This document shows, piece after piece, positions 53,038 to 62,383 of a stretch of DNA of 64,000 bases. A program made the translations under genes and the position numbers. The stretch's first letter is position 1. Each line of letters begins with the position of its first letter. The notes beneath the pieces are model-generated. The model did not search any database. It was not told the DNA's origin and worked only from the letters and a program-made list of their open reading frames with translations. This DNA comes from Hyphomonadaceae bacterium (GTDB taxonomy: Bacteria > Pseudomonadota > Alphaproteobacteria > Caulobacterales > Aquidulcibacteraceae): assembly GCA_014378995.1 (NCBI GenBank), contig JACMMP010000064.1, forward strand, positions 4,363-68,362. The letters run 5' to 3'.

Positions 53038-53804
53038 ACGGCGCCTTCGAAATCGCGGGTGTGGGTCTTGTGTCTCAGCAACAAGCGCTCGACGCCATCG
53101 CAAGCAATATCGCAAACATCAACACGCCGGGCTTCAAGCGCTCGGATGTCCGCTTCTCTGAAATGCTGTCGCGTCACGCCGATGCGGCGAGCCCACGGGG
53201 GGACTTGTCCACCTCTTCGGCGCTCGCGGGCGTCGGGGTCACCATCCTGCTCGCGCTCAACGAACAGGGCGGGATCGAACCGACAGCGCGCCCGCTTGAC
53301 CTTGCCATCGTTGGCGACGGCTTCATCGAACTTATGGGTCCGCGCGGACAAAACCTGTTGTGGCGCGGCGGCACGCTTTCCATTCAGGAGGACGGGCTGC
53401 TGGCCGGCGCGGACGGATTGGCGTTGCGCGCCATGATCAACGTCCCTGAGACAGCAACCGGCCTTTCGATCGATTCCGAAGGCATCGTACGAGCGACCAC
53501 TGGCGACGGCGAGGCGCCGATCGAGCTTGGCCGCATCGCCCTCGTGCAGATCCATGATCCCAGCCAAGTCGAGCGTTTGGATGGCGGTGTCTATCGGCTG
53601 GCGGAGGGCGCCCGCGTCGAGGAATTTCATCAGGGCGACGCGCGCGCCGGCGCCTTCGTCCAGGGCGCGCTTGAGCGCTCCAACGTTGAGATCAACGAAG
53701 AAATGGTGCGCTTGATGATCGTGCAGCGCGCCTATGCCGCCAATGCTCAGCTTGTTCAAGCCGCCGACCAGATGATGGCGATCGCCAACGGCCTCCGGAA
53801 GTAG
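53034..53804 (+). CDS. flgG: Distal rod protein FlgG-like
   Basis: NIANINTPGFKR, LDLAI.GDGF, QGALERSNVE..EEMV.LM.VQRAY.AN. Confidence 0.87.
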   Translation: MNGAFEIAGVGLVSQQQALDAIASNIANINTPGFKRSDVRFSEMLSRHADAASPRGDLSTSSALAGVGVTILLALNEQGGIEPTARPLDLAIVGDGFIELMGPRGQNLLWRGGTLSIQEDGLLAGADGLALRAMINVPETATGLSIDSEGIVRATTGDGEAPIELGRIALVQIHDPSQVERLDGGVYRLAEGARVEEFHQGDARAGAFVQGALERSNVEINEEMVRLMIVQRAYAANAQLVQAADQMMAIANGLRK

Positions 53805-53814
53805 GCCAATTCAC

Positions 53815-54498
53815 ATGGGGGGCGCTTCACTTTTATTCACTCTCACCGCAGGCGCCTGTGCGCTTATCGGAGAAAGTGAAGTCACGCTCAGCGAACGCGC
53901 GATACGGATCCGCGATGTCGCCACGCTGCACTGCCTTGACGAAAGCGTGCGCGATCGGGTGGGCGCGCTCATCATCGCGAGGACGCCGATAGGCGCGCGT
54001 GCGGTGCAGATCAGCCGCGATGGCTTGGCCTCGCTCGTGCGCCGACGCGCGCCCGCCCTGGCGCGGATTGACGCGCGATCCGAGAGCAATGAGATTGTTT
54101 TTTATGCGCCCGACACGCCCACAAATGCGCAGACGCGCTGTTTTCGGACGCTCCGCACCCTAGGCGAAGGTCAGGTTATCACAGGGGCCGACGTCGAGCC
54201 GGCGCCATGCGATGATGACGCCGCCGCAGCGGCGATGCGCTACGATCGTGTCCATTCAGTATTGCGCACGCATGCGCCGGTGGCCGCGGGCGCCTATTTG
54301 GGCGCAGCATTCACTCAGTCTGCGCCCGTCACATCGGAAGGCGCCGCCATGACGCTGGTCGTTACAGCGGGGCCAGTGCAGATCGAGCGCCGCGTCGAGG
54401 CCGTTCAGCCGGCGCGGGCGGGCGAACGCATTTTCGTGCGGGACGAAGACGGCGCCGTGTTTGCCGTCGCCTTCCCAGACCCGAGCGCGGCGCCATGA
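53815..54498 (+). CDS. flgA: P-ring chaperone FlgA-like (divergent)
   Basis: Position between flgG and flgH; SAF-like RTLGEGQVITGADV and C-terminal G.VQIE....Q.A..GERI.VR. Confidence 0.65.
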   Translation: MGGASLLFTLTAGACALIGESEVTLSERAIRIRDVATLHCLDESVRDRVGALIIARTPIGARAVQISRDGLASLVRRRAPALARIDARSESNEIVFYAPDTPTNAQTRCFRTLRTLGEGQVITGADVEPAPCDDDAAAAAMRYDRVHSVLRTHAPVAAGAYLGAAFTQSAPVTSEGAAMTLVVTAGPVQIERRVEAVQPARAGERIFVRDEDGAVFAVAFPDPSAAP

Positions 54499-55070
54499 AG
54501 AGATTCGCGCTCATCGGCCTTGGGCTTCTTCTTCTCAGCACGCCGGCGCACAGCGATAATCTCTTCGGAGAAAGCCGCTTTGCTGCACTGGCGAGCGATC
54601 AAAGCGCGTCGCGCGTTGGCGATGTCATCACCATCGTGGTGTATCAGAGCGCTGAAGCGCGCAACGCCGCCCAAAACACGTCGCGCACGCGCAGATCCTT
54701 CGAGGGAAGCATTCAAGGCGGCGAACTTGATGAGAGCGGCTCGCTCTCGCTCGATGGCGCCTATAGCGGCCAAGGCGAAGTGCGCCGAAGCGAAAGCTTC
54801 GTCACCGAAATCAGCGTCGTTGTCGAAAACGTGCTCGCCAATGGCGACCTTCAGGTCGCCGGCCAGCAAAGCATGAATATCAACGGCGAGACGACACTAG
54901 TGCGGGTGCGCGGGCGGGTTCGGCCGGGCGATATCCAGAACGGCAATCAGGTTTTGTCGACGCGGCTCGCGGACGCGGAAATCTCTTATGACGGCCATGG
55001 GTTTGTATCGCGCAACGCACGACCAAACCTGATCCACCGCTTCTTCGGCCTCTTGGGGCTGGGCGGATGA
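54495..55070 (+). CDS. flgH: L-ring protein FlgH-like, lacking the lipobox Cys
   Basis: D..A.RVGDVITIVV, VLANGDL.V.G, GRVRP.DI..GN.V.S.RLADA.I.Y.G.G. Confidence 0.9.
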   Translation: MKRFALIGLGLLLLSTPAHSDNLFGESRFAALASDQSASRVGDVITIVVYQSAEARNAAQNTSRTRRSFEGSIQGGELDESGSLSLDGAYSGQGEVRRSESFVTEISVVVENVLANGDLQVAGQQSMNINGETTLVRVRGRVRPGDIQNGNQVLSTRLADAEISYDGHGFVSRNARPNLIHRFFGLLGLGG

Positions 55071-56194
55071 AACCTCTTTCGTTCACCAACCTCGTCCTTT
55101 CTTGCGTGGCGCTCCTCTTTGGCTTGGCTTCGCCAGCGGCCGCGCAACAGACTGAGCTGCAAAGTTTGGGGCGCTTTGAAGGGTGGCGCGAAAACGCGCT
55201 CATCGGTTATGGCATCGTCGTTGGTCTAGCCGGCTCGGGAGATTCCCCGCGCAGCGTTGTGACACGCCAAGCGCTGTCCAACGTCTATAGCCGCCTCGGC
55301 GCCGTCGTCAGCGACGAAGACATTAATAGCCGCAACGTCGCCGTGGTCGTGGTGACGTCATCGCTGCCCGCTTCCGCGAATATTGGCGACCGCATTTCGG
55401 TCACGGTGAGCTCCACCGGCGATGCCCGGAGCCTTGCCGGCGGCGCCCTCTTGATGACGCCCCTGCTCGGGCCCGATGGCCGCCCTTACGCACTGGCGCA
55501 AGGCTCGCTTGTCGCCGGCGGCGATAGTTTTGAGAGCCAGCTCAATCTCAGTCAGCGCAATTATCCGACCACTGCGCGCATCGACGGCGGTGCAACGGTC
55601 GAGCGGCCGGTGGACGCGAGCGTGCTGGGTCCTGACGGGCGGCTTGGGTTTTTGCTGAGCCAGCCGAGCTTCACGACCGCGTCGCGCATCGCTAGCGCCA
55701 TTAACGGCCATTTCGGGCGCCCAATCGCACAAGCCGCCAACGCCGACGAAGTGCGCATCTTTTACGAGCCGGGCGCTGGCGAACTTGCCGGCTTTGTCTC
55801 AACGCTCGAAAACTTGCGTGTTGAGCCCGACCGCGCGCCGCGCGTCGTCATCAACGAGCGGACAGGAACCATCGTTGCCGGTGGCGACGTCATGATCTCG
55901 AGCGTGGTCGTATCGCAAGGCGACATCCGCGTCACCGTGACGGCTGAGACGAGCGCCTCTCAGCCCGGGTTCATTCGCGGGTTTGCCTCAGATGTTCGCA
56001 GCCTTGTGATCACCAACACGTCCCTGGACGTTGATCGCGACGGCAACAACATGGTCGCCACTTTCTCGAATACGAGCGTCGCCGACCTTGTGCAGGGCCT
56101 GGCTCGAGCGCGGGTCGATACCCGCCGCATCATCTCCATTCTGCAAGCGGTGCGCACGGCGGGCGCGCTGCATGCTGAAATCATCGTGCAATAG
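55067..56194 (+). CDS. flgI: P-ring protein FlgI
   Basis: REN.LIGYGIVVGLAGSGD, NVAVVVVT, GDARSL.GG.L.MTPL.G.DG..YALAQG, VVINERTGTIV, AGALHAEI. Confidence 0.95.
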   Translation: MKPLSFTNLVLSCVALLFGLASPAAAQQTELQSLGRFEGWRENALIGYGIVVGLAGSGDSPRSVVTRQALSNVYSRLGAVVSDEDINSRNVAVVVVTSSLPASANIGDRISVTVSSTGDARSLAGGALLMTPLLGPDGRPYALAQGSLVAGGDSFESQLNLSQRNYPTTARIDGGATVERPVDASVLGPDGRLGFLLSQPSFTTASRIASAINGHFGRPIAQAANADEVRIFYEPGAGELAGFVSTLENLRVEPDRAPRVVINERTGTIVAGGDVMISSVVVSQGDIRVTVTAETSASQPGFIRGFASDVRSLVITNTSLDVDRDGNNMVATFSNTSVADLVQGLARARVDTRRIISILQAVRTAGALHAEIIVQ

Positions 56195-56204
56195 GAGCCC
56201 GCGC

Positions 56205-56543
56205 ATGGACCCGATCTCCGCTGCTCTGATCCACAAGGCGCTCGAAGGCCTCAATCAAAGATTTCTGTTCACCTCCCAGAACATCGCCAACGCCAATACG
56301 CCCGATTACCGGCCGGTGCGGGTGACGTTCGAAGATGAATTGGCGCGCGCGTCACGCCAAGGCGCGCGCGCCATTGAGGCGGTGGAGCCGCGAATAATCA
56401 CTGAAGGCGAAGAGGCGGGTGCGCTTCGGCTCGATCTTGAGCTTGCCACCGCCTCACAGACCGCCGCTCGCTACCGGGCGCTAATCGACATCCTGGGCCG
56501 GCAGATGGCGCTGCATCGCAGTGTCGTGATGGGAGGACGATAA
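56205..56543 (+). CDS. flgB: Proximal rod protein FlgB
   Basis: NIANANTPDYRP..V.FE; AGGAG SD; 112 aa. Confidence 0.85.
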   Translation: MDPISAALIHKALEGLNQRFLFTSQNIANANTPDYRPVRVTFEDELARASRQGARAIEAVEPRIITEGEEAGALRLDLELATASQTAARYRALIDILGRQMALHRSVVMGGR

Positions 56544-56546
56544 GAG

Positions 56547-56975
56547 ATGAACGCGATCGAAATCAGCCGATCCGCGCTGGATGTGGAGTGGCGACGTCTT
56601 GAAATTAGCGCCCAAAATCTAGCGAACCTCAACAGCACCCGCTCGGCGGACGGAAGCGTCTATCAGCCTTTGCGCCTGCTGAGCGGGCCATCGGTGAACT
56701 TCGCCGCGATGCTGAGCGAAGCGAACGTCGCCTTGGCCCCGAGCGGGGTGCAGGTGCTGGGCATCGAGCCGATTGCGGATGGCGCACGCCGCGCGTTTGA
56801 ACCCGCCCATCCGCATGCCAATGAGGAAGGCTTCGTCACCTACCCGGCCATCGATCACGCCGGCGAGATGACGCTCATGATCCGCGCCTCGCGCGCCTAC
56901 GAGGCCAATCTTGCCGCCATCTCGATCGCCCAAGACATGTACGGGCGCGCGCTCGACATCGGACGCCAATCATGA
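56547..56975 (+). CDS. flgC: Proximal rod protein FlgC
   Basis: NLANLNSTR, EPAHPHANEEGFV.YP, EM..MI.ASRAYEAN. Confidence 0.92.
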   Translation: MNAIEISRSALDVEWRRLEISAQNLANLNSTRSADGSVYQPLRLLSGPSVNFAAMLSEANVALAPSGVQVLGIEPIADGARRAFEPAHPHANEEGFVTYPAIDHAGEMTLMIRASRAYEANLAAISIAQDMYGRALDIGRQS

Positions 56976-57316
56976 GCGCAAGTGAAGCGATCGGCGCGGT
57001 GGCCGCCAATTCCGGCGCGGCAGAACCCGCGCTCAGTCTGACGGCGGCCGTTTCGGCGCGTCCCAACTCGGCGGCCGATGTGCAAGGCGTAGGCGGCGCT
57101 GACTTTGCCGGCATGCTCTCGCGCGCAACCGCGGCTGTGGAGGCGCGCGTCGCTCACGCCGACGAAATGGTGCGCGCGTTCGTGGTCGACGATTCCATTC
57201 CGGTTCACGAGGTCACCATCGCCCTGGAAGAAGCGCGGATCGCTGTCGAACTTGCCTTGCAGGTCCGCACGCGCGTTGTCGAATCGTATCGCGAAATCAT
57301 GAACATGCAGCTCTGA
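56972..57316 (+). CDS. fliE: Hook-basal body protein FliE
   Basis: HEV.IALEEA...VELALQVR.R.VESYREIMNMQL. Confidence 0.92.
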   Translation: MSASEAIGAVAANSGAAEPALSLTAAVSARPNSAADVQGVGGADFAGMLSRATAAVEARVAHADEMVRAFVVDDSIPVHEVTIALEEARIAVELALQVRTRVVESYREIMNMQL

Positions 57317-57320
57317 TCGA

Positions 57321-58538
57321 ATGGAGGAGCAGTTCGCCCCCACAGAGCAGGCCACGATCTCGCGCCGTGCGATCGCGATCGTAGTCGCGATCCTCGTCGC
57401 CGGCTTGATCGCCTGGTATTTCTTGGCGCTCCGGCAAGATTTTACGCTCCTTTATCGTGATCTAAGGCCCGCGCAAGCAGCCGCCATCGTCGCCGCCCTC
57501 GAAGAAGACGGCGTCGCGTACCGATTGGAAGCGGACGGCGCCGACATCTTGACGCCGGCGCGCGAAACCGACGCCCTCAGGCTGCGCCTTGCATCATCGG
57601 GCGGACCGCTGAGCGGGCTCGACGGCTTTGAGCTCTTCAACGAATCCGACATGGGGCTCACCGATTTCGCGCAGAAGATCCGCTACCAACGCGCCATCCA
57701 AGGCGAACTCGCGCGGACGATCATGACGATGCAAGGCGTCGCGGAGGCGCGCGTGCATGTATCGATGCCAGAGCGGACGCTTTTTCGCGGCGAGCGGCGC
57801 AACGCGGAAGCCGCCGTCACGCTCGTCATGCAGCCCGGCGAGCAAGCAACCGCCGATCGCATTGAAGGCGTGCAGCGCTTGGTCGCCGCTGCTGTCGCCG
57901 ACCTTGCCGCGACGGATGTGGTTGTGCTGAGCGGACGCGGTGAGGTCATCAGCTCGCGCGTCACCGTTTCGCATACAGTCGCCGCACCGATTGCCGATAG
58001 CGCCAGCACGTCGCCCTCGCTTGACTATATCAGCGAGGTCATGCGGTTAGCCGTGCCCAACCGGCGCTTCGATATTCGCGTGGAAGATATTCCGGGCGCC
58101 CTTGCTGGAGCGGCTGACGGCGAGACAGACAGCTCTGCCCGGCGGCTTATCACGATCGCGACAGAAAGTTCGCTCAGTCCCGACGAACGCGAACGGGTTC
58201 GCGCCGAGTTTCTGCGCGCAGACCTAATTGACGGTTCATCGCGTCAATTGCTGGCTTTCCGCGTCGAGCCACTTGCGCCCGACGTCTATGCACCCACGCC
58301 AGACATCGACACAGCAGTGGTCGCGGCATCTGCCGGTCCCGAAACCCGGCGAGCGCCCTTCTTCCCCGCCTGGCTTGTGGTGATCGGCGCATTGCTCGCG
58401 ATCGCCGCACTTGTCGGCGCGCTGATCTGGCGACGAGCAACGACGCCCACGCTTTCGTTCGAACAGCAAAAACTCATAGCCGCCCGGTTGCGCGCTCGGC
58501 TCGAAGCTCAAGGCGTGGAGGCGTTCGATGGCAGATGA
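57321..58538 (+). CDS. fliF: MS-ring protein FliF-like, shortened (405 aa)
   Basis: TM1, GFELFNESDMGLTDFAQKIRYQRAIQGELARTI, ARVHV.MPE..LF, second TM near residues 350-372. Confidence 0.85.
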   Translation: MEEQFAPTEQATISRRAIAIVVAILVAGLIAWYFLALRQDFTLLYRDLRPAQAAAIVAALEEDGVAYRLEADGADILTPARETDALRLRLASSGGPLSGLDGFELFNESDMGLTDFAQKIRYQRAIQGELARTIMTMQGVAEARVHVSMPERTLFRGERRNAEAAVTLVMQPGEQATADRIEGVQRLVAAAVADLAATDVVVLSGRGEVISSRVTVSHTVAAPIADSASTSPSLDYISEVMRLAVPNRRFDIRVEDIPGALAGAADGETDSSARRLITIATESSLSPDERERVRAEFLRADLIDGSSRQLLAFRVEPLAPDVYAPTPDIDTAVVAASAGPETRRAPFFPAWLVVIGALLAIAALVGALIWRRATTPTLSFEQQKLIAARLRARLEAQGVEAFDGR

Positions 58539-58827
58539 CGCGTTGCTAGAGTTCGCCGCGCTTAGTTTCGCAGATCAGTGCGCGGTGGAGCGTCAGTTGC
58601 CGCAGGCGGCCCGTGCTAGGCTTAAGCTGTTCATGCAAAAGCTTGCTGAGCCAGATAACTCGCCGAGCGCAGCGGCGCCCTCCCCCGCGCGCGCCGATCT
58701 TTCCCGCTATTCGCCTTGGCTGCGAAAGCGCATCGCCGTGTTGCTGGCTGGCGGCGAAGACGGCGCGATAACGCCCGCCGCTCGCCAGGCGCTGAACACG
58801 CTCACGGCGCGGAGCCAGCCTGCATGA
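58528..58827 (+). CDS. 99-aa protein at the fliG position (possible FliG N-terminal remnant)
   Basis: GGAGG SD; overlaps both fliF and fliH; LSFADQCAVERQL..AARARL is loosely FliG_N-like. Confidence 0.6.
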   Translation: MADDALLEFAALSFADQCAVERQLPQAARARLKLFMQKLAEPDNSPSAAAPSPARADLSRYSPWLRKRIAVLLAGGEDGAITPAARQALNTLTARSQPA

Positions 58828-59474
58828 GCACGCTTATCCGTCCAGGCCAGATCTCAAACGCCGCGCTCGTGTCCGCACCGCAATGGCGGCCGCTGAGCCA
58901 AGCGACCGCGGCGGATGCTGAGCCTGTGCTAACCGCGGAGCAGATCCGCATCCAGGACTTGGAGGAGGCGCTAGCGCAGCAGCGCATCGCGCATATCGAC
59001 GATCTGAAGCGCGAGCGCAGTGAAGCCAAGAACGAAGCCGAAGCAGCGTTTAAGCGCGATGAGACGGCATCTCTCGCGGCGTTGGAAAAGTGCCTGAGTA
59101 CCGCCGCCGAATCGTTAGCCCGGCGCATTGGCGATTTGGAGGCGCTGGCGCCACTGTTGTGCGAGATCGCGTTGGAAGGCGTGCTCGCGCGCGCGGAAGA
59201 TTACGGCGATCTTGTCGAACGCGCGCTTGAGCGACAGCTCGCCGACATTCGGGGCGAAAGCGTTTTGAAAGTCGCCGTCAGCGGCGCGGACTTCCACGAC
59301 GATAATGCGCTCTCCGCCATGACGGGACGCCATCCAGGACTGAGAATAGAGCGCGACGCGATGCTCCCGGCCGGGTCTTGCCGGATTGATTTGCGTCTCG
59401 GGCAGATTGAACTGTCGCTGCCAAATCATTGGCGCGATCTGCAAACGCGCCTTCGCACCCTGGCTAGCCAATGA
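58824..59474 (+). CDS. fliH: FliH/SctL-like stator of the export ATPase
   Basis: Long helical middle; C-terminal D.MLPAGSCRID...GQIELSL; ATGA overlaps on both sides. Confidence 0.78.
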   Translation: MSTLIRPGQISNAALVSAPQWRPLSQATAADAEPVLTAEQIRIQDLEEALAQQRIAHIDDLKRERSEAKNEAEAAFKRDETASLAALEKCLSTAAESLARRIGDLEALAPLLCEIALEGVLARAEDYGDLVERALERQLADIRGESVLKVAVSGADFHDDNALSAMTGRHPGLRIERDAMLPAGSCRIDLRLGQIELSLPNHWRDLQTRLRTLASQ

Positions 59475-60793
59475 GCGCCGGCCATCCTTTCGCATTGGCG
59501 CTTCGCCAAATGAATATCGCCAAACGTGTCGGCTTTGTCCGGGATGTCGCTCCCGGCCATGTTCAGGCAAACGGTCCGCTCACCAGCGTCGGGGACATGT
59601 GCGAAATCGAAGGCGGTGAGGGACCCGTTCTGGCCGAAGTCGCCGCGGTGGGGCACAACCGCGTGGTGCTCATCCCGCTTGAGCAAGACGCGACAATCGC
59701 CCCTGACGCTCGCGTCGTCGCACGACCGATGCGCGCGCAAGCGGCCGTAGGCGACAGTTTTTCCGGGCGCGCTATCGACGCGCTGGCTGACCCTATCGAT
59801 CATGGCCCACCAATCCTTCCCGGCGCCCTCATGCCGCTGCAAGGCCGGGTGCTCGCGCCGATGGACCGCCAAGCGCCCGATCGCATCGTCGAGACCGGCC
59901 TGCGCGCCATTGACGGTTTGCTGACGCTCGGCCGCGGGCAGCGCATCGGGCTCTTCGCCGCCTCCGGCGTGGGCAAAACAAATTTGATGACCGAGCTTGC
60001 GCTTGGAATTGAGTGCGACCGGTGCGTGCTTTGTCTGGTTGGCGAACGCGGGCGCGAAGTCGAAGCGCTCTGGCGCACGATTTCCGGGCGCGCCGATGCG
60101 GAACGCTACAAATGCGTGGCCGCCACGTCCGACAAGAGCGCCCCACTCCGCGCTCGTGCAGTTTACCAGGCGCTGGCTCTAGCTGAACATTGGCGAGAGA
60201 GGGGCGAGCACGTTCTGCTGATCGTCGACTCGGCTACGCGATTTGCGATGGCGCTGCGGGAGATTGGGCTTGCGGCCGGCGCCCCGCCCACGCTTCGCGC
60301 CTATACGCCAAACGTCTTTGCCGCTCTTCCCCGCTTGGTCGAGCGGTGCGGCGGCGCCCGCGCCGGCGGCGCCATTACGGCGATCATGACGGTGCTGGCT
60401 GAAACCGACGACGTCGACGACCCGATCACCGAGATCATGAAGTCGCTGCTCGACGGGCACATCGTCCTGTCGCGTCACCTGGCCGAACAGAATCACTACC
60501 CGGCCATCGACGTGCTGCGGAGCATTTCGCGGCAGTCGGGCGAACTCATGACGGGCGAGCACAAAAACGCGGCCCGGCGCGCCCTCCAGCTGCTGAGCAC
60601 GTACGAAGACGCGCGTGTCATGATTGAAAGCGGTATCCATAAGCCAGGCGCCAACGCGCGCCTTGACGAGGCGATCGCGGCACGCGAAGGCCTCGTGCGC
60701 TTTTTGTGTCAGCAGACCGGCGAACGCACGCGCCTCGGTGAAACCGTCGCCGGGCTTGCCAGCACTGGCGTCCGCAGGCACGCCCATGCGTGA
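59471..60793 (+). CDS. fliI: Export ATPase FliI/SctN
   Basis: GQRIGLFAASGVGKT, GERGREV, DSATRFAMALREIGL, LDGHIVLSR, YPAIDVL.S.SR. Confidence 0.95.
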   Translation: MSAGHPFALALRQMNIAKRVGFVRDVAPGHVQANGPLTSVGDMCEIEGGEGPVLAEVAAVGHNRVVLIPLEQDATIAPDARVVARPMRAQAAVGDSFSGRAIDALADPIDHGPPILPGALMPLQGRVLAPMDRQAPDRIVETGLRAIDGLLTLGRGQRIGLFAASGVGKTNLMTELALGIECDRCVLCLVGERGREVEALWRTISGRADAERYKCVAATSDKSAPLRARAVYQALALAEHWRERGEHVLLIVDSATRFAMALREIGLAAGAPPTLRAYTPNVFAALPRLVERCGGARAGGAITAIMTVLAETDDVDDPITEIMKSLLDGHIVLSRHLAEQNHYPAIDVLRSISRQSGELMTGEHKNAARRALQLLSTYEDARVMIESGIHKPGANARLDEAIAAREGLVRFLCQQTGERTRLGETVAGLASTGVRRHAHA

Positions 60794-61235
60794 TCGCCCC
60801 CGCCTTCGCCATATGCGTCGCCTTGCCGCCGTGCACGAGGCGCAGTGCAGCTTTGGTGAGCGCGAGCTCTCTCTGGCGCGCGAAGAGGAATCGGCCCGCC
60901 AGTACCATAACGAGACCTCGGCCCGCGCCGTCGATGATCTCATCGCGGATTGGAAAGCCCGCTTAATTGGAGGCGGTGTCGATCCGCACGCGCTTAGTGC
61001 TTACGCTTTCATGTTTGAAGAGAGACGCGCGCAGCACCAAGCGGCGGCGGACGCTCTCGAAACCTCGCGCCTGGAAACCCGGCGCGCTGGTGAGCAGCTT
61101 GCGCTTTATCAGGCTCGGGTAAAGCAGGCGAACAAATCAACGCGCAAACTAAAGCGGAGAATCTCCTCACGCGCCGAGGAAGCAGCGCTTGCCCATGTCG
61201 AGGCCGCGCTTGCCTACAAATGGGTGCGCTCGTGA
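60786..61235 (+). CDS. FliJ/SctO-like coiled-coil stalk (149 aa)
   Basis: Directly after fliI; size and charged helical composition as expected for FliJ. Confidence 0.6.
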   Translation: MRDRPRLRHMRRLAAVHEAQCSFGERELSLAREEESARQYHNETSARAVDDLIADWKARLIGGGVDPHALSAYAFMFEERRAQHQAAADALETSRLETRRAGEQLALYQARVKQANKSTRKLKRRISSRAEEAALAHVEAALAYKWVRS

Positions 61236-61936
61236 ACTTGTCCGCCCTCTTCAGCGTGGCCACTCCTGGCGCCGCACGGATGGATATTTCCGGCGCCGTG
61301 CACAATTCGCTTGAGCCAGACGCAATGACGTTCGCCGACCTGCTTGAGCGTGCGACTTTGACGCGAGCGTTAGAGTTTTCCGAGACAGGCGTGTTCGGCA
61401 GAGACGACGCCCCTCCTGTCCAGAAATTGGAGCGACAGGTCTCCGCACCCAAGCCGGCGAATGCGACGGTCGCTGACACCGTTCTTCTTCCCGCGGCCAG
61501 CGTGCATGCAGCGCAGCTCAAGCCGATTGCTGCACCCGCGCTTAACTCCGCCGCGCCGATGAATCGTGCAGTGCGGCCGACGCCAGCGCTCAGCTTGAGC
61601 AAGCATCATCCCGCGGCAGATCCCGCGCCCCAGGCAAATACCGCACCCCAGCCGCGCGCTGCGGAGCCGCCGGTGAAAACATCAACACGTCAACCATCGC
61701 CGCTCCTCGATGCAGCACGAGCACGGATGCAGGCGAGCGCCGTATTTGTGGCGATGGAAGCAAGCGAAGCAGGGCTTCGTGTTCATGCGCGCCTCGGCGC
61801 GCTCACTTTGAATGACCGCGCGCGCCTGCGTCAGGAAATTGCCGCCGTGCTCGCTCGTCACGGCTTACACGCAGAGCTGACAATCAACGGCGAGGCGGTG
61901 GGCGCCGCCTTCGCGGGAGCTTCCAAGCATGGCTGA
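61232..61936 (+). CDS. FliK-like ruler candidate (234 aa)
   Basis: Sits between the fliJ-like gene and flgD; Pro/Ala-rich middle; C-terminal beta-beta-alpha-beta pattern; GTGA overlap. Confidence 0.5.
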   Translation: MNLSALFSVATPGAARMDISGAVHNSLEPDAMTFADLLERATLTRALEFSETGVFGRDDAPPVQKLERQVSAPKPANATVADTVLLPAASVHAAQLKPIAAPALNSAAPMNRAVRPTPALSLSKHHPAADPAPQANTAPQPRAAEPPVKTSTRQPSPLLDAARARMQASAVFVAMEASEAGLRVHARLGALTLNDRARLRQEIAAVLARHGLHAELTINGEAVGAAFAGASKHG

Positions 61937-62381
61937 AATCGAAGCAATCGGCGCGACACGTGCGTTGGGCGATCCAAGCCCCAGCACCGCTTCAGACGGG
62001 CAATCCGCAACCGACGCATTCGGCCTCGGCTTTGAGGACTTGCTGCAGATCGTGCTGACGCAATTGACCTATCAGGATCCGCTGAAGCCAATGGAGAATT
62101 TCGAGTTCGTCTCCCAGCTCGCGCAATTTTCGCAAATTCAGCAAACCCAAACCATGAGCGAGCGCATCCTGGGCATTCTTCAAGCGCAAGCGGCGAGCCA
62201 AGCCACCAACGTGCTGGGCCGCACAGTCGATATTCCCGCGGGCGCGGGAATCATTTCCGGCCGGGTTGAATCGATTTCCTTCCAGACCGGCGAGCCCCGG
62301 CTGACCGTCGAAACATCCGACGGACGCACGATCTCCAACATCGCCCTTTCCAGCGTCTCTCGCATAGCAGTGGAGGACTAA
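61929..62381 (+). CDS. flgD: Hook-capping protein FlgD (short form)
   Basis: LTQLTYQDPLKPMEN.EFVSQLAQFSQ. Confidence 0.92.
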   Translation: MAEIEAIGATRALGDPSPSTASDGQSATDAFGLGFEDLLQIVLTQLTYQDPLKPMENFEFVSQLAQFSQIQQTQTMSERILGILQAQAASQATNVLGRTVDIPAGAGIISGRVESISFQTGEPRLTVETSDGRTISNIALSSVSRIAVED

Positions 62382-62383
62382 GC

